From a virus (taxonomy: Duplodnaviria; Caudoviricetes): a DNA stretch of 63,668 nt. The DNA is taken from IMG/VR virus record IMGVR_UViG_3300010354_000087, positions 1 through 63,668 of that record; one strand, written 5' to 3'. The notes under the pieces were generated by a model that was not told the DNA's origin, made no database searches, and saw only the letters and a list, made by a program, of their open reading frames with translations. Position 1 is the stretch's first letter. Each line of letters begins with the position of its first letter. Below, in pieces: positions 19,891 through 29,341 of the stretch. Position numbers and translations under genes: made by a program.

Positions 19891-20361
19891 CTATAATATT
19901 TCGATAATATCAATCATAGTTTGTATTTTAGATTGAAAAATTTTATTTTTTAAGCTTAATTCTAAAGCATTATGTAAAGGCTTAGGAAGCATTTTTAAAT
20001 CAAACCATCCATAAGCAGCATGTTCATCGCTTAATACGGGAATAAATTCTTGATCTACTACACAAAAATATGTGCTAAATTTGAATAAATTATCATTAGA
20101 TACAAATTTTTCCAGTGGAACAATTTTTATTATGTCAGGCAAAAAAGATAATTCCTCGGTAATTTCTCTAGTTAAACCCTGAAAAGTATTTTCAGTTAAA
20201 TGGTGTGTCCCACCAATTAGTCCCCAACGACCGGTATGTTTACCTCTAGATTTTTGTAAAAGAATAACTCTTTTCGTGCTCTTGGCACATATTATAGCTC
20301 CTGAACAAATTATAGCTTTATAATTGCAATCGCCATTTTCCTCTATCATAATCACCTTCAA
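19891..20361 (-). CDS. Nudix hydrolase (start uncertain)
   Basis: WGLIGGTHHLTENTFQGLTREITEEL Nudix box; LSDEH..YGWF. Confidence 0.8.
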   Translation of the reverse strand: MKVIMIEENGDCNYKAIICSGAIICAKSTKRVILLQKSRGKHTGRWGLIGGTHHLTENTFQGLTREITEELSFLPDIIKIVPLEKFVSNDNLFKFSTYFCVVDQEFIPVLSDEHAAYGWFDLKMLPKPLHNALELSLKNKIFQSKIQTMIDIIEIL

Positions 20362-21967
20362 AGCTTTTTACCCAACTTATTCCGTTCCATTTGTATTGAG
20401 TATTAGTATAGTAATTAGTTTGATAGATTATGGTATCTGTTCGAACTTGAGCATCAAACACTACACGCCATTCTGATCCAGTCCACATAACAATATCATT
20501 TGCATAGGCTATAGGATCTGACCCGTCACTATTTTTCCAAGCATCAGGGCCATCCTCGTTAAAATTTAAAATATAAGTTACAGTGCTATTTTTTGGTATT
20601 GCAGTTAGTGTTTTTATATAACAAATTCCGTTTACATTATCGAGAGTGTGTGAAACAATACTACCGTCAACTAAAAGCACTGAATCGTTAACTTTAGAAA
20701 AATCTTCTCCTGTATTAATTGACTTAGACGATCTTAAAGGAATAAATGTTTCTCTCACACCTCCCCCTAGGTTATCAACTATTAGACATCTTAATCCTGT
20801 TTGAATGATTTGATCTGTAGTTTCTCCATTAGGACGTTTGGGATTAAAAGTTAAAGGACTGACAATAGCATCAAAAGTTCCTCTTCCTGTAGCACTATTG
20901 TAGCCTAAATCTATACCGTCGATTTTCCCGTCATTATCAATGTAATTATTGCTATGATAAGAGTCTACATCCCAAACTACACTCATTAAACACGGGTCTA
21001 AAGGATTTAAAGACAATGTTCCAATAATTACAGATCCATCGCTTTGTATTAAAAATAGTTTACTTAACCCTGATTTAAATTCTCCAGGCATTTGTTTTAG
21101 TAAAGTATCCCACGGTAAATTATTGCCTTCCCCTTTTACCTTACTAAACATGCGTATTCCGTCAGATGCTACACTAATTTCAAAATTACCTATAGTCGTT
21201 GTTGTTTGAAATTCTAAGTCTCCCATACCTATTTCATAAGCTTGCGGATCATTTCCTAGTCCATCAATATAGTTCCCGATTCCAGGTAGAGTGCTAGTAT
21301 ACAAACTATTAATTATTCTTGTCACAACACCTAGCTTTTTAACTTTAACAGGAGGACTTAACCAAGTAGGTGTTTTTAATGTAATACTAGCTATGTCAAT
21401 CGAGCTATTAGTTCCTACTGGAACTGTTCTTGAACTAAAATTTACATCTTCTAGCTCTACTACACTTAAGCTAGTCCAATCTATATAATTATCAGTAGTT
21501 TGTATTTCTAAGCTCGGATTAAATAAGACCAAAATCTGTTCTAATATTTGTAATTTCTGATCAGTATTACTACTCCAAATATCTACTTTTACAGTTAAGT
21601 CAAATGGCGTAGGCATCATACGTTCAATGGAATATTGCTTACCCTGTTCACTAGTATAGAATTCATTGCCTTCTGAGTCAGTTTCAATTGCTCTTTCTCT
21701 TATGTGAATTTTACTAATAAAAGTTGGCTCTTGTATCCTATTCCTATTTAGGTCAAATTCTGTAATATATATTGACATTCGAGGCACTGAAGGAATAGTG
21801 TTTTCGCTATTTTGATTAATAATATTAGCAACTTGTCTATCAATATCTCCATACATTACAGGAACTCTTACTAAGGTTCCATCTCCGTATTTCACTACAA
21901 AGTTACTTAATAATCTTACTATTTGAGTAAGATATCTTCTAATTTGTCCATCATAAAAATGCTGCAT
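20318..21967 (-). CDS. gp15: Tail sheath stabiliser/terminator (T4 gp15-like) with a C-terminal extension
   Basis: HFYDGQIRRY, VPVMYG, PRMS, PTPFDL, QILEQILVLFNP motifs; position beside neck genes. Confidence 0.75.
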   Translation of the reverse strand: MQHFYDGQIRRYLTQIVRLLSNFVVKYGDGTLVRVPVMYGDIDRQVANIINQNSENTIPSVPRMSIYITEFDLNRNRIQEPTFISKIHIRERAIETDSEGNEFYTSEQGKQYSIERMMPTPFDLTVKVDIWSSNTDQKLQILEQILVLFNPSLEIQTTDNYIDWTSLSVVELEDVNFSSRTVPVGTNSSIDIASITLKTPTWLSPPVKVKKLGVVTRIINSLYTSTLPGIGNYIDGLGNDPQAYEIGMGDLEFQTTTTIGNFEISVASDGIRMFSKVKGEGNNLPWDTLLKQMPGEFKSGLSKLFLIQSDGSVIIGTLSLNPLDPCLMSVVWDVDSYHSNNYIDNDGKIDGIDLGYNSATGRGTFDAIVSPLTFNPKRPNGETTDQIIQTGLRCLIVDNLGGGVRETFIPLRSSKSINTGEDFSKVNDSVLLVDGSIVSHTLDNVNGICYIKTLTAIPKNSTVTYILNFNEDGPDAWKNSDGSDPIAYANDIVMWTGSEWRVVFDAQVRTDTIIYQTNYYTNTQYKWNGISWVKSFEGDYDRGKWRLQL

Positions 21968-23268
21968 TAAAGATCTGCCTTAGGTTTTAAAGCTTTACTG
22001 ATAGGTTGGCGTTCTTCAACCATGTCTCCGTTTATTTCAGCTACATTATTATTATTGATAAAGCTAGACTTTCTTGTCTTTCTTGTATCTGTATTTGTTA
22101 AAGTATGTCTAACGTTATCTTCTCGTTTGACCCAACGTTTACCACTGTATCTAAATAATCTGTTTGGACTATAATCTGTTCTCAAAAAATAATCTCCTTC
22201 AATTGCTCCTTGCGGAAATCCAGTGCCAAAACCAAACTGCACACCATTGTCAGGGATACCGTCACCTAACATGTAGCCTGCATATCCAGTTCTTATAGGT
22301 CTTTCTAATATTCTACTAGCATCATAGCCTGTGCTGCTAGCATCTGGAGGAGAACTAGTATCGTCTACGGAGATTAAGGCAGGTTTTCCTTCATCATTAA
22401 CGGCTAGTGTATATAATTGCCTTGTTTCATATCCACTTTTTGGTGTATTTTCTTCTGCTTGGGCTATTATAGCATCATTAATTTCTAATGATTTATTACC
22501 AGTGGATAGAATATCTTTTATGCTAGATTCAGTATAAGGAGCAAAATAGGATGTGTCAGGGGGAGCTACTCCTGTAATCGAAGATAAAACAGTATATAGA
22601 TTTCCTTGATATCTTACTATTTGTCCTTGAGTATAGCTAGTAGTTGAAGAATATTCTCCTACGAAGTTTGAGTCTTTGTCGGTAGGTTTATTAAGAATAT
22701 CTGCAAATAATTGACTATCTGTAATTTTCTTTAATTTTAATCTATAAAGATGGGGATACCATGTTCTGCTGAATCCTTCGCTAGCTCTTCCTACATCTTC
22801 TACTACATAAAATCTAGGTAAACCAACATCAGCTGAATTAAGAGCAAACTCGTCTAATAAATGTGGAATTTCAATAACGTCTCCGCTAAGAGGTTTTCTT
22901 CCTATTAATGTAACTGTATCATTTATATGAACAGTAATAGTTAGAGTATCATTATCTAGCCATAACCCAAATTGGCTAAGATTAAAGTCTATATCGGCTA
23001 CATTATATATTCCCCTTAGTATATAAACACTTGAATCGTATTTTCTATCACGATTTTCTAATAACAATAAATCTTGAATGTTAGTTTCGCTCTGTGTTAG
23101 ATAATGAGGTTGTTCAGAAGTTGATTCTGCTACCGATGTGTTAATAGGCCCTATATACTTATGGAAAAATAGGTCTGTCCCTCCTACCTGAAACATCTCG
23201 GAAATATTCTTATCTATAAATTTATAATCGTTGCCCTTTTCAGGACGGTATAGTGATAAACGTGGCAT
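21967..23268 (-). CDS. gp14: Neck/head-closure protein (T4 gp14-like) with an inserted CBM5/12-like module
   Basis: LSQFGL, RKPLSGDVIEIPH motifs; YTQGQIVRYQGNLY insert; synteny with gp13/gp15. Confidence 0.6.
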   Translation of the reverse strand: MPRLSLYRPEKGNDYKFIDKNISEMFQVGGTDLFFHKYIGPINTSVAESTSEQPHYLTQSETNIQDLLLLENRDRKYDSSVYILRGIYNVADIDFNLSQFGLWLDNDTLTITVHINDTVTLIGRKPLSGDVIEIPHLLDEFALNSADVGLPRFYVVEDVGRASEGFSRTWYPHLYRLKLKKITDSQLFADILNKPTDKDSNFVGEYSSTTSYTQGQIVRYQGNLYTVLSSITGVAPPDTSYFAPYTESSIKDILSTGNKSLEINDAIIAQAEENTPKSGYETRQLYTLAVNDEGKPALISVDDTSSPPDASSTGYDASRILERPIRTGYAGYMLGDGIPDNGVQFGFGTGFPQGAIEGDYFLRTDYSPNRLFRYSGKRWVKREDNVRHTLTNTDTRKTRKSSFINNNNVAEINGDMVEERQPISKALKPKADL

Positions 23269-23275
23269 AGTAATA

Positions 23276-23290
23276 TATTTATGGTAAATA
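23276..23290. promoter_or_regulatory. Back-to-back late-promoter-like boxes TATTTA-tgg-TAAATA
   Basis: Inverted TAAATA boxes between the divergent gp14-like and gp13-like genes. Confidence 0.6.
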
Positions 23291-23305
23291 TTAATGGAGA
23301 ATTAT

Positions 23306-24067
23306 ATGAACGACAATCCTCAAGAGGAACGCCAAAAAGTCTACGACTATTGCCGAACCATGTTAGGCGACGGTATGATTGACGTGGAACTCGATCCTGC
23401 TCATTATGAAACTGCGCTAAACAGAACTTTATCTAAATTTAGACAAAGAAGCAGCAATAGTGTGGAAGAAAGTTATGTTTTTTTAACTTTAGAAAAAGAC
23501 AAGAATGATTACAGGCTGGACGATCAGATTATTAATGTTCAAAGCTGTTTTAGAAGGACATTAGGTAGTCGAACAGGAGGAGGAACAGGGACTAATTTCG
23601 AACCTTTTAATTTAGCATACACAAATACATATCTATTGAATAGCACTATGCTAGGCGGAATAGCTACTTATTATATGTTTGCTAGTTATCAAGAAATGAT
23701 AGGTAAAATATTTGGTAGTTATATAGAGTTTCAATGGATACAACATAGTAGGACATTCAGAGTTTTACAGCGACCTTTTACAGAAGGTGAAGTATTAATG
23801 CTAAGAGTTCAGAACTTTAAGCCTGACTTTGTAATAATTAATGATTTATATGCACGACAATGGATTCTAGATTATACCTTGGCTAATTGCAAAATTATTC
23901 TAGGAGAAGCACGCAGTAAGTTTGCTAATATTGCAGGACCGCAAGGTGGAGGACAACTCAACGGCGGAGATCTTAAAACACAAGGAACTGCTGAAATAGA
24001 AAAATTAGAAAAAGAACTTTTCGATTTAATTCCTGGTGGAACTGGCTATACTTTTATCATAGGATAG
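23306..24067 (+). CDS. gp13: Neck protein (T4 gp13-like)
   Basis: YCRTMLG..MIDVEL and WILDYTLA.CK..LGEARSKF..I.GPQGG..LNG motifs; GGAG SD before ATG 23306. Confidence 0.8.
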   Translation: MNDNPQEERQKVYDYCRTMLGDGMIDVELDPAHYETALNRTLSKFRQRSSNSVEESYVFLTLEKDKNDYRLDDQIINVQSCFRRTLGSRTGGGTGTNFEPFNLAYTNTYLLNSTMLGGIATYYMFASYQEMIGKIFGSYIEFQWIQHSRTFRVLQRPFTEGEVLMLRVQNFKPDFVIINDLYARQWILDYTLANCKIILGEARSKFANIAGPQGGGQLNGGDLKTQGTAEIEKLEKELFDLIPGGTGYTFIIG

Positions 24068-24069
24068 TT

Positions 24070-24426
24070 ATGAAAATTTTTGAAATTTTAACAGAAAAAG
24101 CAGAGAAAAAATTAGGTAAAAATATTAAACAATCCGGAAGTCATGCCAAGCAGTATACAGGCATTGATCAATATTACGGAATGTATAGATTTGGAATAGC
24201 AATGGCAGGTGCTCCAGACAAACCCATTAATAAAGAAGGCCCAGCTAAAGATGTTCCCGCAGTTTGGATGTATAGCAAAGGCGAAGAAGATATAGTTAAT
24301 AAGGCACAAAAAAATCAAGGCATAAAAGGAAAAACTCTTGTGGGCAAAGGTCCTAGTCAAGAGCTCAAAACTACAAATACTAAAAGCATAGTTTCTACAC
24401 CGAAACCTAACAAATATGGTGTCTAA
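24070..24426 (+). CDS. Hypothetical basic protein, possible internal head protein
   Basis: N-terminus MKIFEILTE resembles a capsid-targeting leader. Confidence 0.5.
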   Translation: MKIFEILTEKAEKKLGKNIKQSGSHAKQYTGIDQYYGMYRFGIAMAGAPDKPINKEGPAKDVPAVWMYSKGEEDIVNKAQKNQGIKGKTLVGKGPSQELKTTNTKSIVSTPKPNKYGV

Positions 24427-24429
24427 ATA

Positions 24430-24458
24430 TTGACATCTTAATCTAAATTTAATAAAAT
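24430..24458 (+). promoter_or_regulatory. Sigma70-like promoter TTGACA-N17-TAAAAT
   Basis: Near-consensus boxes with 17-nt spacing upstream of the dNMP kinase gene. Confidence 0.7.
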
Positions 24459-24479
24459 ATAGTATCTGTAGGAGATACT

Positions 24480-25178
24480 ATGATAGTAGGATTTGTTGGA
24501 TTTATTGGATCAGGTAAAGATACAGCAGCAGATTATCTTGTGAACTTTCATGGATTCAGAAGAGATAGTTTTGCAAATACACTAAAAGATGCAGTAGCAG
24601 CAGTATTTGGCTGGGACAGAACGCTGTTAGAAGGCCGCACAACAGAAAGCAGAGAATGGAGAGATCAAATTGACTTCTGGTGGTCTAATCGATTAGGCAG
24701 ACAAATTACTCCTCGCTGGGTTTTACAATACTGGGGCACAGAAGTTTTAAGAAATCATTTTCATGATGACATTTGGATCGCAAGTCTAGAAAATAAGTTG
24801 AGAAAAACAAAAGATAATATTGTTATTAGTGATGTTAGATTTCCAAATGAAATCGAAGCTATACATAATGCAAAAGGTCTAGTAGTTCGAGTTAAACGTG
24901 GTCCAGATCCAGATTGGTATGAAGATGCTCTTAATATGAACAAAGGTCCTGTAAATTTAAACTGGGCCATTAGTCATCAAAAGATGAGCGAACTAAAAAT
25001 TCATGCTAGTGAGACAAGTTGGGTAGGTGGAAATATAGATTATACTATTTTAAATGATACAACTATCGACGACTTGTTTAAACAACTTAAAAATCTGGTA
25101 GAAGATCACCTTGCTTCCAATGCTGACCTTCTTTATGTAAAACCCGTTGACAATTTGCACATATCGTTTTCAAGTTAG
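24480..25178 (+). CDS. Deoxynucleoside monophosphate kinase (T4 gp1-like)
   Basis: GFIGSGKDT P-loop, PRWVLQYWGTE, VISDVRFPNE, HASE. Confidence 0.85.
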   Translation: MIVGFVGFIGSGKDTAADYLVNFHGFRRDSFANTLKDAVAAVFGWDRTLLEGRTTESREWRDQIDFWWSNRLGRQITPRWVLQYWGTEVLRNHFHDDIWIASLENKLRKTKDNIVISDVRFPNEIEAIHNAKGLVVRVKRGPDPDWYEDALNMNKGPVNLNWAISHQKMSELKIHASETSWVGGNIDYTILNDTTIDDLFKQLKNLVEDHLASNADLLYVKPVDNLHISFSS

Positions 25179-25428
25179 TTGTTCTTGTATTATTCAAATC
25201 ACTATCAAGATGATAGACATTGAATTGTTCTTTGTATTTGCTTTTAAATCCACACTTATCGCAAGATAACTTTAATCTATAGCCATCTTGATACCACTTA
25301 GGATACCCTTTGTTAATTCCTCCATATCTTATGCATATTTCACATTTTTTCCTATAGTAAATTCTACCATCTTTGTGATAGTTTATTGCAGCAGGTCTTA
25401 GCCTACAAGGGCATAATGGTCTTGTCAT
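25087..25428 (-). CDS. HNH-like zinc-binding endonuclease
   Basis: CDKCGF...VYHLDSDLNN...NLKTICANC; TAAATA box 4 nt upstream on the minus strand. Confidence 0.65.
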   Translation of the reverse strand: MTRPLCPCRLRPAAINYHKDGRIYYRKKCEICIRYGGINKGYPKWYQDGYRLKLSCDKCGFKSKYKEQFNVYHLDSDLNNTRTTNLKTICANCQRVLHKEGQHWKQGDLLPDF

Positions 25429-25497
25429 AATATATTTAGCTGCCCTTTTGTTTCCCTTTTCTTAGTGTCTTAAATGGTTATTTTTGAAAAAATCCAA

Positions 25498-25503
25498 TAA
25501 ATA
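25498..25503 (+). promoter_or_regulatory. Late-promoter-like TAAATA upstream of the sheath gene
   Basis: Matches the core of T4 TATAAATA; followed by TAGGAG SD. Confidence 0.55.
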
Positions 25504-25535
25504 CATTTAGAACAGAAACCTTAGGAGAATCCAAT

Positions 25536-28500
25536 ATGGCATTAAGTTCACCAGGCGTAGAAGTCAAAGTTATTGACGAATCATTTTATACACCAGCTGA
25601 GCCTGGCACCGTTCCACTGATCGTTGTCGCAACAGCTGATAATAAATCTAACGGCGGAGGCACTGGAATCGCCCCAGGAACACTTAAGGCCAACGCTGGA
25701 GCAGTATATCTTATAACAAGCCAACGAGATCTAGCAGACAATTTCGGAGATCCAATATTTAAAACTGATGTTAGTGGAAATCCAGTTCACGCTGGAGAAC
25801 AAAACGAGTATGGCTTACAAGCAGCTTATAGTTTCCTAGGAGTTAGTAATAGAGCCTATGTGGTCAGAGCTGATGTAGATCTAGGGCAATTGGATGCAAA
25901 AGCAGACGAGCCCGGAAGTGATGCAGCCGGTGGCACACATTGGTTAGATACTCAAGTTAGCAAATTTGGCATATTTGAATGGAACGGTTCTGCAATCACA
26001 GTAACCGGAGGACAAAAATTTACAAATAAAGTTCCTTTAGTTATAACTGAATCTAGCAAAGTAGATAGCAGCACAGGCGCACCTAAGAGTTCTATAGGAC
26101 AATTTGGAGATTATGCCATAGTTAGCACAGATACTAATTCTTCAACACCAAGTCTTACAACTTATCATGGCAACACTTTAGAACATCAGCTATATTATAA
26201 AAAAGCAGGCAGTGGTTGGGTCACAGTTGGTAGCACTGCATGGAGTGGCGGAACACTTGATCTTCAAATAAGTCCGCATACAGACATTCCTTTATGGAAA
26301 ACAGCAGAGACCAACGCACCAACCGGTAGTGTTTGGATTAAGACAACATCACCAAATAATGGTTTGTCATTGTCAGTGAAACGTTTTAATAGCACTACAT
26401 CAGAATGGGAAAAAGTAGCTTGCCCAGTTTACAAAACTGGCCACGCAGCAATTTTTGGAAATGATCCTACAGGCGGTGGATCTAATCTAGCATTAGGTGC
26501 ATTATTTGCTCAGGTTAATCATACTGAAGCATCTACAGAGATTGTTAATTTCAAGCTTTGGAAACGAGGTGCAGTAGGTGCAACAGTTATTACAAGTAAT
26601 ATAATTTTAGACACTACCTTTACAGATTCGACGGTATATACTTTCCAGATGAGAGAAAGTTTACTAGATGGAACTCTTAGCAGTGCATCTACAATAAGCT
26701 TTACTGCATCTGCCGCAGGCGGAACAGCAGAAGGCACCGAGGATGCAGAAGCATTGGCAACTGCAATTAACAATGCAGGTTTTGTTAACGTAGTAGCCGA
26801 GGTTGATTCGCAAAACCGGTTAGTGATTAAGCATTTAAAAGGCGGAGATATGCGCTTTGACAACGGTGGTGGCACCAGCCCATTACCTTTAATATTTGCA
26901 GTGTTTAATTATGAGCCAGGGTCAAATAATTTAGGAAAAACTAGATTCCTGCATGATGCCCCAGACGCAACTAACGAATATATTGCAAGTAACTGGGAAC
27001 CTTTAGTCTATGCTGCTACAAATGATCCTCCTTCTCGCATACCAGAAGATGGACAAATGTGGTATAGTAGTGTAGTTGATGAAGTTGATATTATGGTTCA
27101 TAACGGAACAACTTGGAAAGGATACAGAAACATATATCCTACCACTAATGGTCCTATAGTTGCTGCAAGTCCTCCTGAAACACAAGCCGACGGAGTAACA
27201 GCTCTGGTAGAAGGTGACATATGGGTTGATACTAGCGATCTAGAAAATTTTCCTCAAATTTATGTCTACCGTGCCGCATTGACAACTATCCCAGTGGTTA
27301 AACGTTGGATTAAACGTGATACAACTGATCAAAGCACAGAAGAAGGTGTATTATTTGCAGATGCAAGATGGACAGACGTTGGCGATCTAGCAACAGCAGA
27401 AGCAAGCTCAATTGCTGACCTAGCACTTAGTGACTTTTTAGATCCAGACGCTCCTGATCCTGCACTATATCCAAAAGGTATGTTGTTATGGAACTTGCGT
27501 CGTAGTGGATTTAATGTAAAACAATTTAAGCGCGACTACATAGACACCACAGCAGATAATCCAAGAGATAATGATAGTCCTATGGCTGATTACTACCCTC
27601 ATCGCTGGGTTACTATAAGTAGTAACCAAGATGACGGATCTGGAAGTTTTGGACGTAAAGCTCAACGTAAAGTTGTAGTAAAGGCTTTGCAAGCAGTTGT
27701 TAATAATAATGACGAGCTAAGAGACGAAGAGCGCAGAGTGTTTAACTTGATGGCATGTCCAGGATATCCAGAACTTATAGGTGAATTAATTAATCTAAAC
27801 TATGATAGAGCTTTGACAGCCTTCGTTGTAGGTGACAGTCCTTCAAGACTAAGACCAGGAGCTACTTCATTATTAAGCTGGGCAAGTAATGAAAACTTAG
27901 CAAACGAAGATAATGATATTGGAGCAGTCAGCTACGATGAATATATGGCCATGTATTATCCTTGGGGATTCACAAGTGACAACTTCGGAAATAACGTAGT
28001 AGTTCCTCCAAGTCATATGATGCTAAGAACTATAGCACTTAACGACCAAGTAGCTTATCCTTGGTTCGCACCAGCTGGTGTTAGAAGAGGTGGTATAACT
28101 AATGCAACAAGTGTTGGATATATAACTGCTGAAGGAGAATTCCAAAGTGTAGCGCTTAATACTGGTCAACGCGACACACTATACGAACAAAAAGTTAACC
28201 CAATCACATTCCTAACAGGAACAGGATTAGTTGCCTACGGGCAAAAAACTAGAGCTAGAGCTGCTAGTGCCCTTGATCGTATAAATGTTGCTCGTCTAAT
28301 TGTTTATCTACGTAGACAGTTAAGTATTTTGGCGAAACCGTATATATTTGAACCTAATGATAAAATTACTAGGGATCAAATTAAAGCAGCAGCAGAATCA
28401 TTGTTAGTTGAGCTTGTTGGTCAACGTGCTCTATATGACTACGTAGTAGTGTGTGATGAATCAAATAATACACCTAGTAGAATTGATCGTAACGAATTAT

Positions 28501-28595
28501 GGCTTGATATAGCTATAGAACCTGTAAAAGCAGTTGAATTCATTTACATTCCGTTACGTATCAAGAATACCGGCGAAATAGCAAGCTTAGGCTAA
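25536..28595 (+). CDS. gp18: Tail sheath protein (T4 gp18-like) with a large internal insertion
   Basis: LSSPGVEVKVIDES start; PWFAPAGVRRG, YGQKT, LDRINVARL, FEPND, VVCDESNNTP, IEPVKAVEFIYI. Confidence 0.92.
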   Translation: MALSSPGVEVKVIDESFYTPAEPGTVPLIVVATADNKSNGGGTGIAPGTLKANAGAVYLITSQRDLADNFGDPIFKTDVSGNPVHAGEQNEYGLQAAYSFLGVSNRAYVVRADVDLGQLDAKADEPGSDAAGGTHWLDTQVSKFGIFEWNGSAITVTGGQKFTNKVPLVITESSKVDSSTGAPKSSIGQFGDYAIVSTDTNSSTPSLTTYHGNTLEHQLYYKKAGSGWVTVGSTAWSGGTLDLQISPHTDIPLWKTAETNAPTGSVWIKTTSPNNGLSLSVKRFNSTTSEWEKVACPVYKTGHAAIFGNDPTGGGSNLALGALFAQVNHTEASTEIVNFKLWKRGAVGATVITSNIILDTTFTDSTVYTFQMRESLLDGTLSSASTISFTASAAGGTAEGTEDAEALATAINNAGFVNVVAEVDSQNRLVIKHLKGGDMRFDNGGGTSPLPLIFAVFNYEPGSNNLGKTRFLHDAPDATNEYIASNWEPLVYAATNDPPSRIPEDGQMWYSSVVDEVDIMVHNGTTWKGYRNIYPTTNGPIVAASPPETQADGVTALVEGDIWVDTSDLENFPQIYVYRAALTTIPVVKRWIKRDTTDQSTEEGVLFADARWTDVGDLATAEASSIADLALSDFLDPDAPDPALYPKGMLLWNLRRSGFNVKQFKRDYIDTTADNPRDNDSPMADYYPHRWVTISSNQDDGSGSFGRKAQRKVVVKALQAVVNNNDELRDEERRVFNLMACPGYPELIGELINLNYDRALTAFVVGDSPSRLRPGATSLLSWASNENLANEDNDIGAVSYDEYMAMYYPWGFTSDNFGNNVVVPPSHMMLRTIALNDQVAYPWFAPAGVRRGGITNATSVGYITAEGEFQSVALNTGQRDTLYEQKVNPITFLTGTGLVAYGQKTRARAASALDRINVARLIVYLRRQLSILAKPYIFEPNDKITRDQIKAAAESLLVELVGQRALYDYVVVCDESNNTPSRIDRNELWLDIAIEPVKAVEFIYIPLRIKNTGEIASLG

Positions 28596-28611
28596 TTTAG
28601 GAGAAAAATAA

Positions 28612-29253
28612 ATGGCAATCGCTTCTTTATCAAAATTTACAGTACCGTTGGCTACTAACCAGAGTGCAACATCTCAAGGGATGCTGATGCCTAAGCTTAA
28701 ATATCGCTTTAGAGTGACATTTGTTGCTTTTGGCGCAGGCGGAGTTGATGGTATTAATGAACTTACAAAACAAGTTATTGATGTAACTAGACCTAATGTT
28801 CAGTTTCAAAATGTCCCCATTGATGTATATAACAGCAAGGTTAACTATGCTGGAAAACATACATGGCAACCTATGACTATCAACCTACGTGATGATGCTA
28901 ACGGCAATATCAGCAAAATGGTAGGCGAACAGTTACAGAAACAATTCGACTTTTTAGAACAAAGTTCAGCAGCATCAGCAAGTAACTATAAATTCCAAAC
29001 TAACGTTGAAATATTAGACGGACAAAATGGTATTGATGGTTCAGGATTTGTGCTTGAAACTTGGGAAATTTATGGATGTTATCTACAAACAGTTAACTAT
29101 CAAAATTTAGCCTACAGTGATAGCAACCCTGCTACAATTGCGTTAACAATACAAATGGATAATTGTATTCAAACACCTAATGGAACAGGTGTAGGGGCCG
29201 TCGTTGCTCGTACAATTGGAGAATTTGCAACTGGAACAGCTGGGCTAGGTTAA
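28612..29253 (+). CDS. gp19: Tail tube protein (T4 gp19-like)
   Basis: Follows the sheath gene; YAGKHTWQPMTINLRDD and W.IYGCY motifs. Confidence 0.8.
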   Translation: MAIASLSKFTVPLATNQSATSQGMLMPKLKYRFRVTFVAFGAGGVDGINELTKQVIDVTRPNVQFQNVPIDVYNSKVNYAGKHTWQPMTINLRDDANGNISKMVGEQLQKQFDFLEQSSAASASNYKFQTNVEILDGQNGIDGSGFVLETWEIYGCYLQTVNYQNLAYSDSNPATIALTIQMDNCIQTPNGTGVGAVVARTIGEFATGTAGLG

Positions 29254-29267
29254 ACTTACTTTTCTTC

Positions 29268-29297
29268 AAAAAAAAGCGCCTCTGAGGCGCTTTTTTT
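29268..29297. terminator. Bidirectional rho-independent terminator
   Basis: A8-GCGCCT-ctg-AGGCGC-T7. Confidence 0.85.
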
Positions 29298-29328
29298 GTA
29301 TAGAAGTTATATACGTAGTTTATTTTAC

Positions 29329-29336
29329 TATAAATA
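29329..29336 (+). promoter_or_regulatory. T4-type late promoter TATAAATA
   Basis: Exact T4 late consensus 5 nt before ATG 29342. Confidence 0.7.
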
Positions 29337-29341
29337 TTAAT

